64,000 bases of DNA from Escherichia coli (GTDB lineage Bacteria > Pseudomonadota > Gammaproteobacteria > Enterobacterales > Enterobacteriaceae): the NCBI RefSeq assembly GCF_013122565.1, contig NZ_CP053258.1, one strand, 5' to 3'. This document shows positions 9,432 to 20,178 of this stretch, in pieces; within the stretch, counting starts at the first letter, position 1, and each line of letters begins with the position of its first letter. Below the pieces are notes generated by a model that was not told where the DNA came from, did not search any database, and saw only the letters and a program-made list of their open reading frames with translations. The position numbers and the translations under genes are program-made.

Positions 9432-11072
9432 ATGAGGAAACTAAAAAGGGGATTCTTATTGGCTGGGGTATTAACGGCACTTTCTCTAAGCGCTTATGCT
9501 GACAGAAATATGAATAAGATCCCGCATATCAATCTGTCGAATCCATCCGTCGAACCAGTTAGTGAGAGAATAATCCAAACAGATATTGTTGTTATTGGCG
9601 GTGGGCTTTCTGGCATGTCCGCAGGGTTGACTGCAGTACAGGGCGGAGCCAAAGTTGTTATTTTTGAAAAACTACCAAGCCTTGGAGGGGCAGGCGTTTA
9701 TCCTGAAGGCAGTTTAGGCATTGGCACCCTTATGCAAAAAAAAGAGGGGAAAGGTGCCACGCTGAATCAAGCCTTTGGTAAGGCGATCGATTTCCATCAC
9801 TGGCGAGCCAATGCTAGTGCATTGCACGCATTAATGAAAAACTCAGGCGAAACCATTGATTGGGTTGCCAGTAATGGCGTTGAGTTTACGACCTTAAAAA
9901 CCACCATTTATCCTCAGTCAGATTCATTATGGACCTGGCATATGTATAAGCATAATGGTGCATCTGTTACTAAAAGCTTTTACAAGAAGATCCTTGATGG
10001 AGGTGGGCAAATCTACACCGAAACTCCTGTTAAGAAGATTCTTCGCGACAAACAAAGCGGTGATGTCGTTGGCGTCGAAGCGGTTAATAGCGTAACAGGG
10101 GAAAAAATCATTGCCTATGGTAAGGGTGTGATTGTGGCGACCGGTGGTTTTGCCAACAACCGTGACATGATTGAAAAATACATCACCGATGTGAATCAGA
10201 AAAACATGGTGCCGGTCAAACTACGTGGCCCCCTGATTGATGGACGCGAAGGCGATGGTATCAAAATGGGGCAAGACATTGGCGCTGATACTGCCGGGAT
10301 GCAAACCATTGCTGGCAATAGCCCATATGTCGATCAAGACCCTCCTATCCGTCAGTTTAATGGCGCGGATTACCAAAAACAGGCCAGAACGTCATTAAGC
10401 CAGCCATTCCTGTGGATTAACCGACAAGGCGAGCGTTTCTTTGATGAGTCACTCGGTTCCAGTTTTACCCTCGTTTATAACGCTATCACCATGAATGGCG
10501 GAGTCATGTATTCTGTCTGGGATGATGCAATGCGCCAGAAGATGGTTAACGAAGGGCCGGTTACACCGTTTAACGCCATCGTGTTGCCTGGGCAGCCGAT
10601 GAAGGCGCTGGATCAGGCGATCGAAATCGGCATGAAAGAAGGGTGGTTATTTAAAGGTGAAACGTTGGACGATCTGGCAAAACAGATCAATGTTCCTGCA
10701 GACAATCTGAAAGCGACGATTGCGAAAGTAAACAAGTATACGGATGAAGGTTTCGATCCTGACTGGGGGCGCAAGAAAGAGCATCTGTTTAAATTTCAGG
10801 ATAAAGGACCGTATTACGCCGTGAAAGGTATTCGGGCTTATTTCCTGACGCTGGGTGGTTTGAAAATGAACAGCGATCTGCAGGTCTACGATACCAATGA
10901 GAAGATTATCCCAGGTCTGTATGTTGTCGGGCAGGATATGGGCGGTCTGTATGACAGCTCCTATGATTTGGTACTTGAAGGATCGGCTTCTGGCTTTGCG
11001 TTGACGTCGGGACGTATGGCAGCGAAACATATTATAAGCACCAGAGTGCAGGCACAGGGAGGAGGCAAATGA
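9432..11072 (+). CDS. Periplasmic FAD-dependent flavoprotein reductase, fumarate-reductase/flavocytochrome-c family (substrate unknown)
   Basis: 546-aa ORF; signal peptide MRKLKRGFLLAGVLTALSLSAYA; dinucleotide-binding fold VVIGGGLSGMSAG; C-terminal FAD-binding motif of the FrdA/SdhA family (…GLYVVGQDMGG…); its stop overlaps the next start (ATGA). Confidence 0.85.
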   Translation: MRKLKRGFLLAGVLTALSLSAYADRNMNKIPHINLSNPSVEPVSERIIQTDIVVIGGGLSGMSAGLTAVQGGAKVVIFEKLPSLGGAGVYPEGSLGIGTLMQKKEGKGATLNQAFGKAIDFHHWRANASALHALMKNSGETIDWVASNGVEFTTLKTTIYPQSDSLWTWHMYKHNGASVTKSFYKKILDGGGQIYTETPVKKILRDKQSGDVVGVEAVNSVTGEKIIAYGKGVIVATGGFANNRDMIEKYITDVNQKNMVPVKLRGPLIDGREGDGIKMGQDIGADTAGMQTIAGNSPYVDQDPPIRQFNGADYQKQARTSLSQPFLWINRQGERFFDESLGSSFTLVYNAITMNGGVMYSVWDDAMRQKMVNEGPVTPFNAIVLPGQPMKALDQAIEIGMKEGWLFKGETLDDLAKQINVPADNLKATIAKVNKYTDEGFDPDWGRKKEHLFKFQDKGPYYAVKGIRAYFLTLGGLKMNSDLQVYDTNEKIIPGLYVVGQDMGGLYDSSYDLVLEGSASGFALTSGRMAAKHIISTRVQAQGGGK

Positions 11073-11479
11073 GTAAGCTATTGAAGAACATTGTCACAAT
11101 CATTCTTGCTGGCGTAATGTGCACCGTTATCGGTATGGTTTCTGCCAGTGCACAAGAGATTGTCGGCATGAAAATGCACAAGACCATTGGTCTGGAATGT
11201 AATAACTGCCATGTTGATGATGTTAAAGCCAACAAGAATATGACGCCAACGTGCGTTAGCTGCCATGCGCCTGGTGAGCGTTATTATCATGGTAAGAAGG
11301 ATTCAGAAGGTAACTCAGTGTTAAAAGAGTATCCGGAGTCGGGTAAAACACGAGTTGCGTCTTTCCATGACTCTCATGGCGGGGAAATTCGCTGTACGGT
11401 ATGCCATACGTCACATGAGAAGGAACCACAGCCACTCTATTGCAACAACTGCCATCAGTTTGATGTGAAGATTAAGTAG
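11069..11479 (+). CDS. Small periplasmic tetraheme cytochrome c
   Basis: 136-aa ORF with N-terminal signal/anchor and four CxxCH motifs (CNNCH, CVSCH, CTVCH, CNNCH); strong GGAGG ribosome-binding site; translationally coupled to the flavoprotein gene. Confidence 0.8.
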   Translation: MSKLLKNIVTIILAGVMCTVIGMVSASAQEIVGMKMHKTIGLECNNCHVDDVKANKNMTPTCVSCHAPGERYYHGKKDSEGNSVLKEYPESGKTRVASFHDSHGGEIRCTVCHTSHEKEPQPLYCNNCHQFDVKIK

Positions 11480-11504
11480 TGAAGGTATTTGTCAGTCGCT
11501 GAAA

Positions 11505-11537
11505 AAGAAAACGGCCCGTAAAGGCCGTTTTCTTTTG
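11505..11537. terminator. Bidirectional intrinsic terminator between the cytochrome gene (+) and rplY (-)
   Basis: Hairpin aaacggcc-cgtaaa-ggccgttt flanked by an A-rich stretch upstream and a T-rich stretch downstream. Confidence 0.65.
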
Positions 11538-11554
11538 TTCAACTTATTCAGCAA

Positions 11555-11947
<393 letters not shown>

Positions 11948-11963
11948 TCAATCAAAACTACCA

Positions 11964-13724
11964 TTAACCGCGTAATTCGTGCGCCCGACGAAAACGACCT
12001 TCGTAATCGAACACTTTTTCACGCACTTGCCAGTACTGACCTTTCATGCGGGCGACGACAAAATCCGGGTGTCGCAATAAGGCTTGCTGGGCGAGGATAT
12101 CGGCGGCGGTTATCCAGCGCAGAGGGATGCCCGGTGTGCGCGTATGCGGGCGGATAAAAAGCTGCTCGAAGGCGGTACGCTGGGCGGGCGTTTGCAGACG
12201 GAAACGCTCACTCACATCCGCGCCGTCTTCATCGTAATAGGTGATTTTCAACCATTCGCCTTTCTCGTCGTGCCCATGTTGCAAAGACATGCCGCTACAG
12301 CGTAATACCAGCGCATCTTTCAGTCGTAGCGCCGCTTTTAACATATCGTCCGGATCAACCAGTACGGTGTCACATTCGCGGCAGCGTCGGGCGGCAATAT
12401 CATTTTCTGCGTTACATTGCGGGCAATTTTTAAAACGGAAACGGAAGTCACATTGTTCGCGATGACCGTCGTCATCTTCAAACCATCCCTGACAGCGGCG
12501 ACCAAAGTGTTCAATCAATGTCCCGTCGGCGGTCGTTTTCCCCCAAAAGGTGTTGGCAAAACCGCAGGCAGGGCAGAAAACCTGTACCGGAACGTTGTCA
12601 CTTTTGCCTTTCGGTGTACCAACTTCCGGTGCGTAGAGATCGTGAGGGTTACCCGCATAATCAAGAATTAAGCAATCAGTCTTGCCGGGGGCCAGACGCA
12701 GACCGCGCCCGACAATTTGTTGGTAAAGACTCACTGATTCGGTAGGGCGCAGAATGGCGATAAGATCGACGTGCGGGGCGTCAAATCCGGTGGTCAGTAC
12801 TGCGACGTTGACAAGATAGCGAAAACGCTGGGCTTTAAAATCTTCAATTAACACATCGCGCTCAGCGCCGGGGGTGTCGCCAGTAATCAGTGCAGCATCT
12901 TCGGCGGGTAGTAATCCCACAATCTCTTTTGCGTGTTCAACGGTGGCGGCGAAAATCATCACCCCTTTGCGCGTTGCAGCAAACTCCATAATCTGGCTAA
13001 TGATGTGCGGGGTAATACGTTGTTGTTTTTTTATCTCGCGGTTGAGATCGGCTTCGCTGAACAGCCCGTTACTCTGTGCCTGCAAGCGGCTGAAATCGTA
13101 TTGCACTACTGGCATATCCAGTCGTTCTGGCGGCGTCAGATAGCCGTGTTTAATCATATAACGCAGCGGCAGCTCATAAATGCAGTCACGGAAAAGGGCT
13201 TTCTCATCGCCGCGTACCATGCCGTGATAATGGAACTGGTAGATCCAGCCTTTGCCCAGTCGAAAAGGCGTGGCAGTCAGCCCCAGCAGGCGTAAGTGGG
13301 GATTCACTTTTGTCAGGTGAGTGAGGATTTGCTGATACTGGCTCTCTTCATCGTCACCAATACGGTGACATTCATCGACAATCAACAGCGAAAATTCACC
13401 CTGAAAGGCATCAAGATTACGGGCGACCGACTGCACGCTGCCAAATACCACTTTACCGTGGCTCTCTTTGCGCTTTAGCCCGGCGGCAAAAATATCGGCT
13501 TCCAGCCCCAGCGCCTGATATTTTGCATGGTTTTGCGCCACCAGTTCTTTAACGTGTGCCAGCACCAGCACGCGACCACGAGCCAGCCGCGCAAGTTCCG
13601 CTATCACCAGGCTTTTACCTGCACCGGTGGGCAGCACGATAACGGCAGGGGTTTTATGACGACGAAAATGGTTGAGCGTGGCATCCACGGCTTCTTGCTG
13701 ATATGGGCGAAGTGTAAAAATCAT
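11964..13724 (-). CDS. radD: Superfamily-2 DNA helicase RadD (YejH)
   Basis: 586-aa ORF with Walker A (PTGAGKS), DECH box and a C-terminal zinc-finger-like Cys cluster. Confidence 0.9.
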   Translation of the reverse strand: MIFTLRPYQQEAVDATLNHFRRHKTPAVIVLPTGAGKSLVIAELARLARGRVLVLAHVKELVAQNHAKYQALGLEADIFAAGLKRKESHGKVVFGSVQSVARNLDAFQGEFSLLIVDECHRIGDDEESQYQQILTHLTKVNPHLRLLGLTATPFRLGKGWIYQFHYHGMVRGDEKALFRDCIYELPLRYMIKHGYLTPPERLDMPVVQYDFSRLQAQSNGLFSEADLNREIKKQQRITPHIISQIMEFAATRKGVMIFAATVEHAKEIVGLLPAEDAALITGDTPGAERDVLIEDFKAQRFRYLVNVAVLTTGFDAPHVDLIAILRPTESVSLYQQIVGRGLRLAPGKTDCLILDYAGNPHDLYAPEVGTPKGKSDNVPVQVFCPACGFANTFWGKTTADGTLIEHFGRRCQGWFEDDDGHREQCDFRFRFKNCPQCNAENDIAARRCRECDTVLVDPDDMLKAALRLKDALVLRCSGMSLQHGHDEKGEWLKITYYDEDGADVSERFRLQTPAQRTAFEQLFIRPHTRTPGIPLRWITAADILAQQALLRHPDFVVARMKGQYWQVREKVFDYEGRFRRAHELRG

Positions 13725-13873
13725 GGTCTCGCGTAGGTAGATTATTCTGCTAATAGTATGCCACGGATCTTTTTCCCTTGAGGGATGTTGTTAGACCGCT
13801 ATACTGGGCAGACAACAGTTCAGATTTTCGGGTCATTACCCGACCTCCGTTTTTTACAGGCAAAATCACACAC

Positions 13874-14569
13874 ATGCGACTTGATAAATTTATCGCACAG
13901 CAACTCGGCGTTAGCCGTGCTATTGCCGGGCGTGAAATCCGCGGCAATCGTGTCACCGTCGATGGCGAAATCGTTCGTAATGCAGCGTTCAAACTGCTTC
14001 CTGAACATGATGTCGCTTACGATGGCAACCCGCTGGCGCAGCAACACGGGCCACGTTACTTCATGCTCAATAAGCCTCAGGGCTATGTTTGCTCCACGGA
14101 CGACCCTGATCACCCAACGGTGCTCTATTTTCTGGATGAACCGGTAGCCTGGAAACTGCACGCCGCAGGACGTCTGGATATCGATACCACCGGTCTGGTG
14201 CTGATGACTGATGATGGTCAGTGGTCGCACCGCATTACTTCTCCGCGCCATCATTGCGAGAAGACCTATCTGGTGACGCTGGAATCACCCGTAGCTGACG
14301 ATACGGCAGAGCAATTTGCTAAAGGCGTGCAGCTGCATAACGAAAAAGATCTCACTAAGCCGGCGGTGCTGGAAGTGATTACCCCAACGCAGGTTCGTCT
14401 GACCATCAGCGAAGGGCGTTATCATCAGGTGAAACGCATGTTCGCCGCCGTGGGTAACCATGTGGTTGAGCTGCATCGTGAACGTATTGGCGGCATTACG
14501 CTGGATGCTGATTTAGCCCCCGGTGAATATCGTCCGTTAACTGAAGAAGAAATTGCCAGCGTCGTCTAA
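13874..14569 (+). CDS. rsuA: 16S rRNA pseudouridine(516) synthase RsuA
   Basis: Translation from [22 protein letters not shown]… (S4 domain plus pseudouridine synthase core), 231 aa; start trimmed from the longer ORF. Confidence 0.9.
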
Positions 14570-14596
14570 CTTTTCAATGACTTTCAGGAGCCCGTT

Positions 14597-15787
14597 GTGA
14601 CCACCCGACAGCATTCGTCGTTTGCTATTGTTTTTATCCTTGGCCTGCTGGCCATGTTGATGCCGCTGTCGATTGATATGTATCTGCCCGCGCTACCGGT
14701 AATTTCAGCGCAGTTTGGCGTACCGGCGGGCAGTACGCAGATGACCCTCAGTACTTATATTCTGGGCTTTGCGTTGGGGCAGTTAATCTACGGGCCGATG
14801 GCAGACAGCTTCGGACGTAAGCCGGTGGTTCTTGGCGGTACGCTGGTGTTTGCCGCCGCCGCGGTGGCGTGTGCGTTGGCACAAACCATCGATCAGCTGA
14901 TTGTGATGCGTTTCTTCCACGGGCTGGCGGCGGCTGCGGCCAGCGTGGTTATCAACGCCTTGATGCGTGATATCTACCCGAAAGAAGAGTTCTCGCGGAT
15001 GATGTCGTTTGTCATGCTGGTGACAACCATTGCACCGCTGATGGCACCGATAGTTGGCGGCTGGGTGCTGGTGTGGCTGAGCTGGCATTACATCTTCTGG
15101 ATCCTCGCCGTGGCGGCGATTCTGGCTTCGGCAATGATCTTCTTTCTGATCAAAGAAACCTTACCACCGGAGCGTCGCCAGCCTTTTCACATTCGTACCA
15201 CTATTGGTAACTTTGCGGCGCTGTTCCGTCATAAGCGTGTCCTGAGTTATATGCTGGCCAGCGGTTTCAGCTTTGCCGGAATGTTCTCGTTCCTGAGCGC
15301 CGGACCGTTTGTCTACATTGAAATCAACCACGTTGCACCGGAAAACTTTGGTTATTACTTTGCGCTAAACATTGTTTTTCTGTTCGTGATGACCATCTTT
15401 AACAGCCGCTTTGTTCGCCGCATTGGCGCGTTAAATATGTTCCGCTCGGGGTTGTGGATACAGTTTATTATGGCGGCGTGGATGGTCATCAGTGCGCTGC
15501 TGGGGCTGGGATTCTGGTCGCTGGTGGTTGGCGTTGCGGCGTTTGTAGGCTGCGTGTCGATGGTGTCATCCAATGCGATGGCGGTCATTCTTGATGAGTT
15601 TCCCCATATGGCGGGAACGGCATCTTCGCTGGCAGGAACCTTCCGTTTTGGCATAGGGGCAATTGTTGGCGCATTGCTTTCTCTTGCGACCTTTAACTCT
15701 GCATGGCCGATGATTTGGTCAATTGCATTCTGCGCAACCAGCTCCATTCTCTTCTGTCTGTACGCCAGTCGACCGAAAAAACGGTGA
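14597..15787 (+). CDS. bcr: MFS multidrug efflux transporter Bcr (bicyclomycin/sulfonamide resistance)
   Basis: 396-aa, 12-TM MFS protein ([20 protein letters not shown]…); GTG start. Confidence 0.9.
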   Translation: MTTRQHSSFAIVFILGLLAMLMPLSIDMYLPALPVISAQFGVPAGSTQMTLSTYILGFALGQLIYGPMADSFGRKPVVLGGTLVFAAAAVACALAQTIDQLIVMRFFHGLAAAAASVVINALMRDIYPKEEFSRMMSFVMLVTTIAPLMAPIVGGWVLVWLSWHYIFWILAVAAILASAMIFFLIKETLPPERRQPFHIRTTIGNFAALFRHKRVLSYMLASGFSFAGMFSFLSAGPFVYIEINHVAPENFGYYFALNIVFLFVMTIFNSRFVRRIGALNMFRSGLWIQFIMAAWMVISALLGLGFWSLVVGVAAFVGCVSMVSSNAMAVILDEFPHMAGTASSLAGTFRFGIGAIVGALLSLATFNSAWPMIWSIAFCATSSILFCLYASRPKKR

Positions 15788-15801
15788 TCTATTGCACAAC
15801 G

Positions 15802-15827
15802 AGGAAGCTAAAAGGCTTCCTTTGTTG
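15802..15827 (+). terminator. Putative intrinsic terminator downstream of bcr
   Basis: Hairpin aggaagc-taaaag-gcttcct followed by ttgttg. Confidence 0.45.
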
Positions 15828-16119
15828 ATGCATGTCAACCACAAATCCATCATTCCCCCGATATATGTTTATTTTATGTAAAATCAATTTATGTAAAAAG
15901 TCACATCATTGTAGTTAAAAAGGTTGAGTTAGATCGCAGAAACGGGTACATATAGCCCCGCAAACGTGACCACGCCCGCAGATATTACTTAAATCAGAGC
16001 CATAGAGGCCACGCAGGCGAGGCATCAATCTTTACGATCTGTATAAAGACGGATTGTTGATGATGTGTTAAAATTGATGTAAACAAATTGTGAAGTAAAT
16101 GTGCTTCCGGGGAAAATAA

Positions 16120-16464
16120 GTGACTTCATTACAACTCTCAATCGTCCATCGTCTACCGCAGAACTTTCGCTGGTCTGCTGGTTTCGCAGGTTCGAAGGTT
16201 GAACCGATTCCGCAAAATGGACCGTGCGGTGACAACAGCCTGGTGGCGCTTAAATTGCTTAGCCCGGATGGTGATAATGCATGGTCGGTGATGTACAAAC
16301 TAAGCCAGGCGTTAAGCGACATCGAAGTTCCATGTTCGGTGCTGGAGTGTGAAGGTGAGCCGTGCCTGTTTGTAAATCGCCAGGACGAGTTTGCTGCAAC
16401 ATGCCGATTGAAAAATTTTGGTGTGGCAATTGCCGAACCCTTTTCAAACTACAATCCTTTTTAA
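16120..16464 (+). CDS. yejG: Uncharacterized protein YejG
   Basis: 114-aa ORF at the conserved position between bcr and yejF. Confidence 0.75.
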   Translation: MTSLQLSIVHRLPQNFRWSAGFAGSKVEPIPQNGPCGDNSLVALKLLSPDGDNAWSVMYKLSQALSDIEVPCSVLECEGEPCLFVNRQDEFAATCRLKNFGVAIAEPFSNYNPF

Positions 16465-16467
16465 GCG

Positions 16468-18057
16468 TCAGCTCAACGCCAGTAGCTGACGCGTATACTC
16501 CTGCTGCGGTGCGGCAAACACGCGCGCGCACGGTCCTTGTTCCACTACTTCCCCTTGTCGCAGTACGATAACCTGATGACATAACGCGCGGACAACGTGC
16601 AAATCGTGGCTGATAAACAAATAGGCCAGTTGATGCTTTTGTTGCAATGATTTCAATAGCGTCAATATTTGCGCCTGTACCGTTTTGTCGAGTGATGATG
16701 TCGGTTCATCAAGTATGATCAGCGAGGGCTTAAGAATTAATGCCCTGGCAATCGCAATACGTTGTCGCTGACCACCAGAGAACTCCGCCGGATAACGGTG
16801 GCGTGTTTCAGGATCTAATCCCACTTCATGCATCACGGCTATCACTTGTTGTTCGCGTTGTGCGGCAGAAAGCGTCGGCTGGTGAACCCGTAAGCCTTCC
16901 TCAATAATTTGCAAAACGTTGAGTCGTGGGTTGAGCGAGGAGTTTGGATCCTGAAATACCACCTGAATGCGATGACGAATAGGTAACAGCTGGCGGCGAT
17001 TTAAATTTTGCAGTGGCTGACCGTCAAAGATGATGCTGCCCTGAGAATTAATCAGTCGCAGCAGCGCCAGTCCCGTCGTGCTTTTCCCGGAACCGGACTC
17101 GCCCACTAAACCCAGTGTTTCACCCGCTCGTAGCGTAAAACTGATGTTTTTCACCACCACATTATGATCCACAATGCGCTTCAAAATCCCTTTGCGAATG
17201 GGGAAGGCAACCTGAAGCTGTTCAACATCCAGCAACGTTGAGGCAGGTTCTGGCAACGGCACCGGGTCGCCTGACGGTTCACTGTTGAGTAGCTTTTGTG
17301 TGTAAGGATGAGTGGGTGAGGCAAATAGCGTAGCGGCGTTATTTTGCTCGACACAGCGACCGTTTTGCATTACCGCCACGCGGTGGGCCAGTTTTCTGAC
17401 AATGCTGAGGTTATGAGTAATAAACAGCATGCCCATATTCAGCTCGCCTTGCAGTTCGCGCAACAGCTGTAAAATCTGCGCCTGGACAGAGACGTCCAGT
17501 GCGGTGGTCGGTTCATCGGCAATTAATAATTCCGGTCGCGTTAACAGCGCCATCGCAATCATCACCCGCTGGCGTTCGCCGCCGGAGAGCTGATGCGGAT
17601 AATCTGTCAGCCGTTTTGCCGCCTGGCGGATACCGACGCGATCAAGGCAGTTAAGAATTTCGCCACGAGCCGCTTCCCGACGCATCCCGCGGTGGAGTGA
17701 AAGCACTTCATAAAGCTGTTTTTCCAGGGTATGCAATGGATTTAATGACACCATCGGCTCCTGAAAAATCATGGCGATCTTATTACCGCGTACACCGCGC
17801 AACGTTTGATCGCTGGCATGAAGCAGCGATTCGCCATGAAAACGAATATCGCCGGAGAGATATTCAACCGGCGGGGAAGGGAGCAGGCGTAAAATTGACA
17901 GCGCGGTAACGCTTTTGCCTGAACCTGACTCACCCACCAGCGCCAGCGTTTCGCCAGCCTCAATCTGTAGTGAAACATCATTGACTACTGTACGTACGGT
18001 TTGCTGATGGCGAAAACCCACCGACAAATTTTCAATCGCTAACAGAGTTTGCGTCAT
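16468..18057 (-). CDS. yejF: ABC transporter ATP-binding protein YejF (double ATPase; microcin C/peptide uptake)
   Basis: Two ABC cassettes, each with Walker A (GESGSGKS), signature LSGG and Walker B; start trimmed to [11 protein letters not shown]…. Confidence 0.9.
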   Translation of the reverse strand: MTQTLLAIENLSVGFRHQQTVRTVVNDVSLQIEAGETLALVGESGSGKSVTALSILRLLPSPPVEYLSGDIRFHGESLLHASDQTLRGVRGNKIAMIFQEPMVSLNPLHTLEKQLYEVLSLHRGMRREAARGEILNCLDRVGIRQAAKRLTDYPHQLSGGERQRVMIAMALLTRPELLIADEPTTALDVSVQAQILQLLRELQGELNMGMLFITHNLSIVRKLAHRVAVMQNGRCVEQNNAATLFASPTHPYTQKLLNSEPSGDPVPLPEPASTLLDVEQLQVAFPIRKGILKRIVDHNVVVKNISFTLRAGETLGLVGESGSGKSTTGLALLRLINSQGSIIFDGQPLQNLNRRQLLPIRHRIQVVFQDPNSSLNPRLNVLQIIEEGLRVHQPTLSAAQREQQVIAVMHEVGLDPETRHRYPAEFSGGQRQRIAIARALILKPSLIILDEPTSSLDKTVQAQILTLLKSLQQKHQLAYLFISHDLHVVRALCHQVIVLRQGEVVEQGPCARVFAAPQQEYTRQLLALS

Positions 18058-18058
18058 G

Positions 18059-19084
18059 CTACACCGCCTTATTAGGATCAAATGCGTCGCGGACGGCTTC
18101 ACCAATAAAGATCAGCAAAGACAATAATATTGCCACCGACAAGAAGGCGGTGATCCCAAGCCACGGAGCCTGAAGGTTATTTTTCCCTTGTAACAGCAGT
18201 TCACCGAGTGACGGCGAACCGAGCGGAAGACCGAAGCCGAGGAAATCGAGCGAGGTCAGGGTGGTGATCGAACTACATAAAATAAACGGTAAAAAAGTGA
18301 GGGTAGCGACCATGGCATTTGGCAACATATGACGCAGGATGATACTGCGATCGCTGACGCCAAGCGCCTGCGCCGCGCGGATGTAGTCGAAATTACGGGT
18401 ACGTAAAAACTCCGCCCGCACCACGCCGACCAGACTCATCCAGCCAAACAAGACAGTAATTGCCAGCAGCCACCAGAAGTTAGGCTGTACGACGCTGGAA
18501 AGTAAAATAATCAAAAACAGCGTCGGCATCCCCGACCATACTTCAATAAAGCGTTGCCCCCAGAGATCGACTTTACCGCCGTAATAGCCTTGTAGCGCCC
18601 CCGCCAGCACGCCCATCACGCTGGAACAGAGAGTCAGCATCAGGCCAAACAGAACCGAGATCCGCGTGCCATAGAGAATACGTGCCAGCACATCGCCGCC
18701 GTTGGCATCCGTTCCCAGCCAGTTTTGCTGGGAAGGTGGGGAAGGGAAGGGCTTATCGGTAGCAAAGTTGATACTGGTAGCACCAAAGCGAATCGGTGCC
18801 CACAGTACCCAGCCGTTATTTTCCAGCCGTTGTTTCAGCCACGGATCCTGATAATCAGCCTGACTTGCCAGAGGGCCGCCAAAATCGCTTTCGCTGTAGT
18901 TTTTCAACAACGGGAAATACCAACTGCCGTCATAACGCACCAGCAACGGTTTATCGTTGGCGATAAGTTCAGAACACAAACTCAAACCAAACAAAACGAG
19001 GAAAATCCATAACGACCAGTAGCCGCGACGATTATGACGAAAACGCGCCCAACGGGCCTGATTGACGGGGCTGAGTCGCGACAT
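18059..19084 (-). CDS. yejE: ABC transporter permease YejE
   Basis: 341-aa OppC/DppC-like permease; abuts yejF and yejB. Confidence 0.9.
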   Translation of the reverse strand: MSRLSPVNQARWARFRHNRRGYWSLWIFLVLFGLSLCSELIANDKPLLVRYDGSWYFPLLKNYSESDFGGPLASQADYQDPWLKQRLENNGWVLWAPIRFGATSINFATDKPFPSPPSQQNWLGTDANGGDVLARILYGTRISVLFGLMLTLCSSVMGVLAGALQGYYGGKVDLWGQRFIEVWSGMPTLFLIILLSSVVQPNFWWLLAITVLFGWMSLVGVVRAEFLRTRNFDYIRAAQALGVSDRSIILRHMLPNAMVATLTFLPFILCSSITTLTSLDFLGFGLPLGSPSLGELLLQGKNNLQAPWLGITAFLSVAILLSLLIFIGEAVRDAFDPNKAV

Positions 19085-20178
19085 TAACGTCCCTCAAAAT
19101 CTATACGCGGATCGACCAGCGTATAGCTGATATCACTGACAATATTCAGCAGCAGGCCAATCAGGGTGAAAATATACAAGGTACCAAACATTACAGGATA
19201 ATCGCGCGAGACGGTCGCTTCGTAGCCCAGTAAGCCAAGGCCATTGAGTGAAAACATCACCTCAATCAGCAGCGAGCCGGTAAAAAACATGCTGATAAAC
19301 GTCGCCGGAAAACCGGCAATCACCAGCAGCATGGCGTTGCGGAACACATGTTTCCAGAGAATATTTTTTTCACTCACCCCTTTCGCACGCGCGGTCACCA
19401 CGTATTGCTTGCGCACTTCATCAAGGAATGAGTTTTTGGTCAGCATGGTCAGCGCCGCAAAGCCACCAATCACTGTCGCCAGCACCGGCAGCGTGATATG
19501 CCACAGATAATCGGTGATTTTCTGATACCACGGCAGCGAATCAAAGTTAGCGGAAACCAGGCCGCGTAGAGGGAACAGGTCGAAATAGCTGCCGCCCGCG
19601 AAGAAGACAATCAGCAGGATGGCAAACAAAAAGGCCGGAATGGCGTAGCCGATGATGATAAATGCGCTACTCCAGACGTCAAAGCGGCTCCCATTATAAA
19701 CAGCTTTGCGAATGCCTAACGGAATCGACACCAGATAGATAATCAGCGTGCTCCACAATCCGAGGGTGATGGAAACCGGCAGACTGTCTTTAATCAGCGT
19801 CAGCACCGAGGCGCTGCGAAACAGGCTATCACCAAAATCAAAGCGGATGTAGTCCCAGAGCATTTTGAAGTAACGTTCGTGGATCGGCTTATCGAAACCG
19901 TAGCGATGAGTGATCTCAGCGATCACTTCTGGATCTAATCCGCGTCCACCACGGTAATTACTGTCGCTGATATTGCCGACACCCGTTTGCGCATGGCTGG
20001 CACGAACACCTTCACCGCCTGCGCCGGGTAATACTCCGGCATTACCAAACTCAATGGCGGCGATGGCCTGATCGACCGGACCGCCAGGCGCAATTTGCAC
20101 GATGAAAAAGTTGATAGTGATAATCGCCCATAACGTTGGGATCACCAGCAACAGACGGCGAATCAGGTAAGCGCCCAT
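19084..20178 (-). CDS. yejB: ABC transporter permease YejB
   Basis: 364-aa OppB/DppB-like permease; one-base overlap with yejE. Confidence 0.9.

Noticed and set aside
13785-14254. Overlapping ORFs (120 aa on +, 144 aa on -) within rsuA
   Set aside because: Alternative frames of the rsuA locus; rsuA itself has clear S4 and pseudouridine-synthase motifs.
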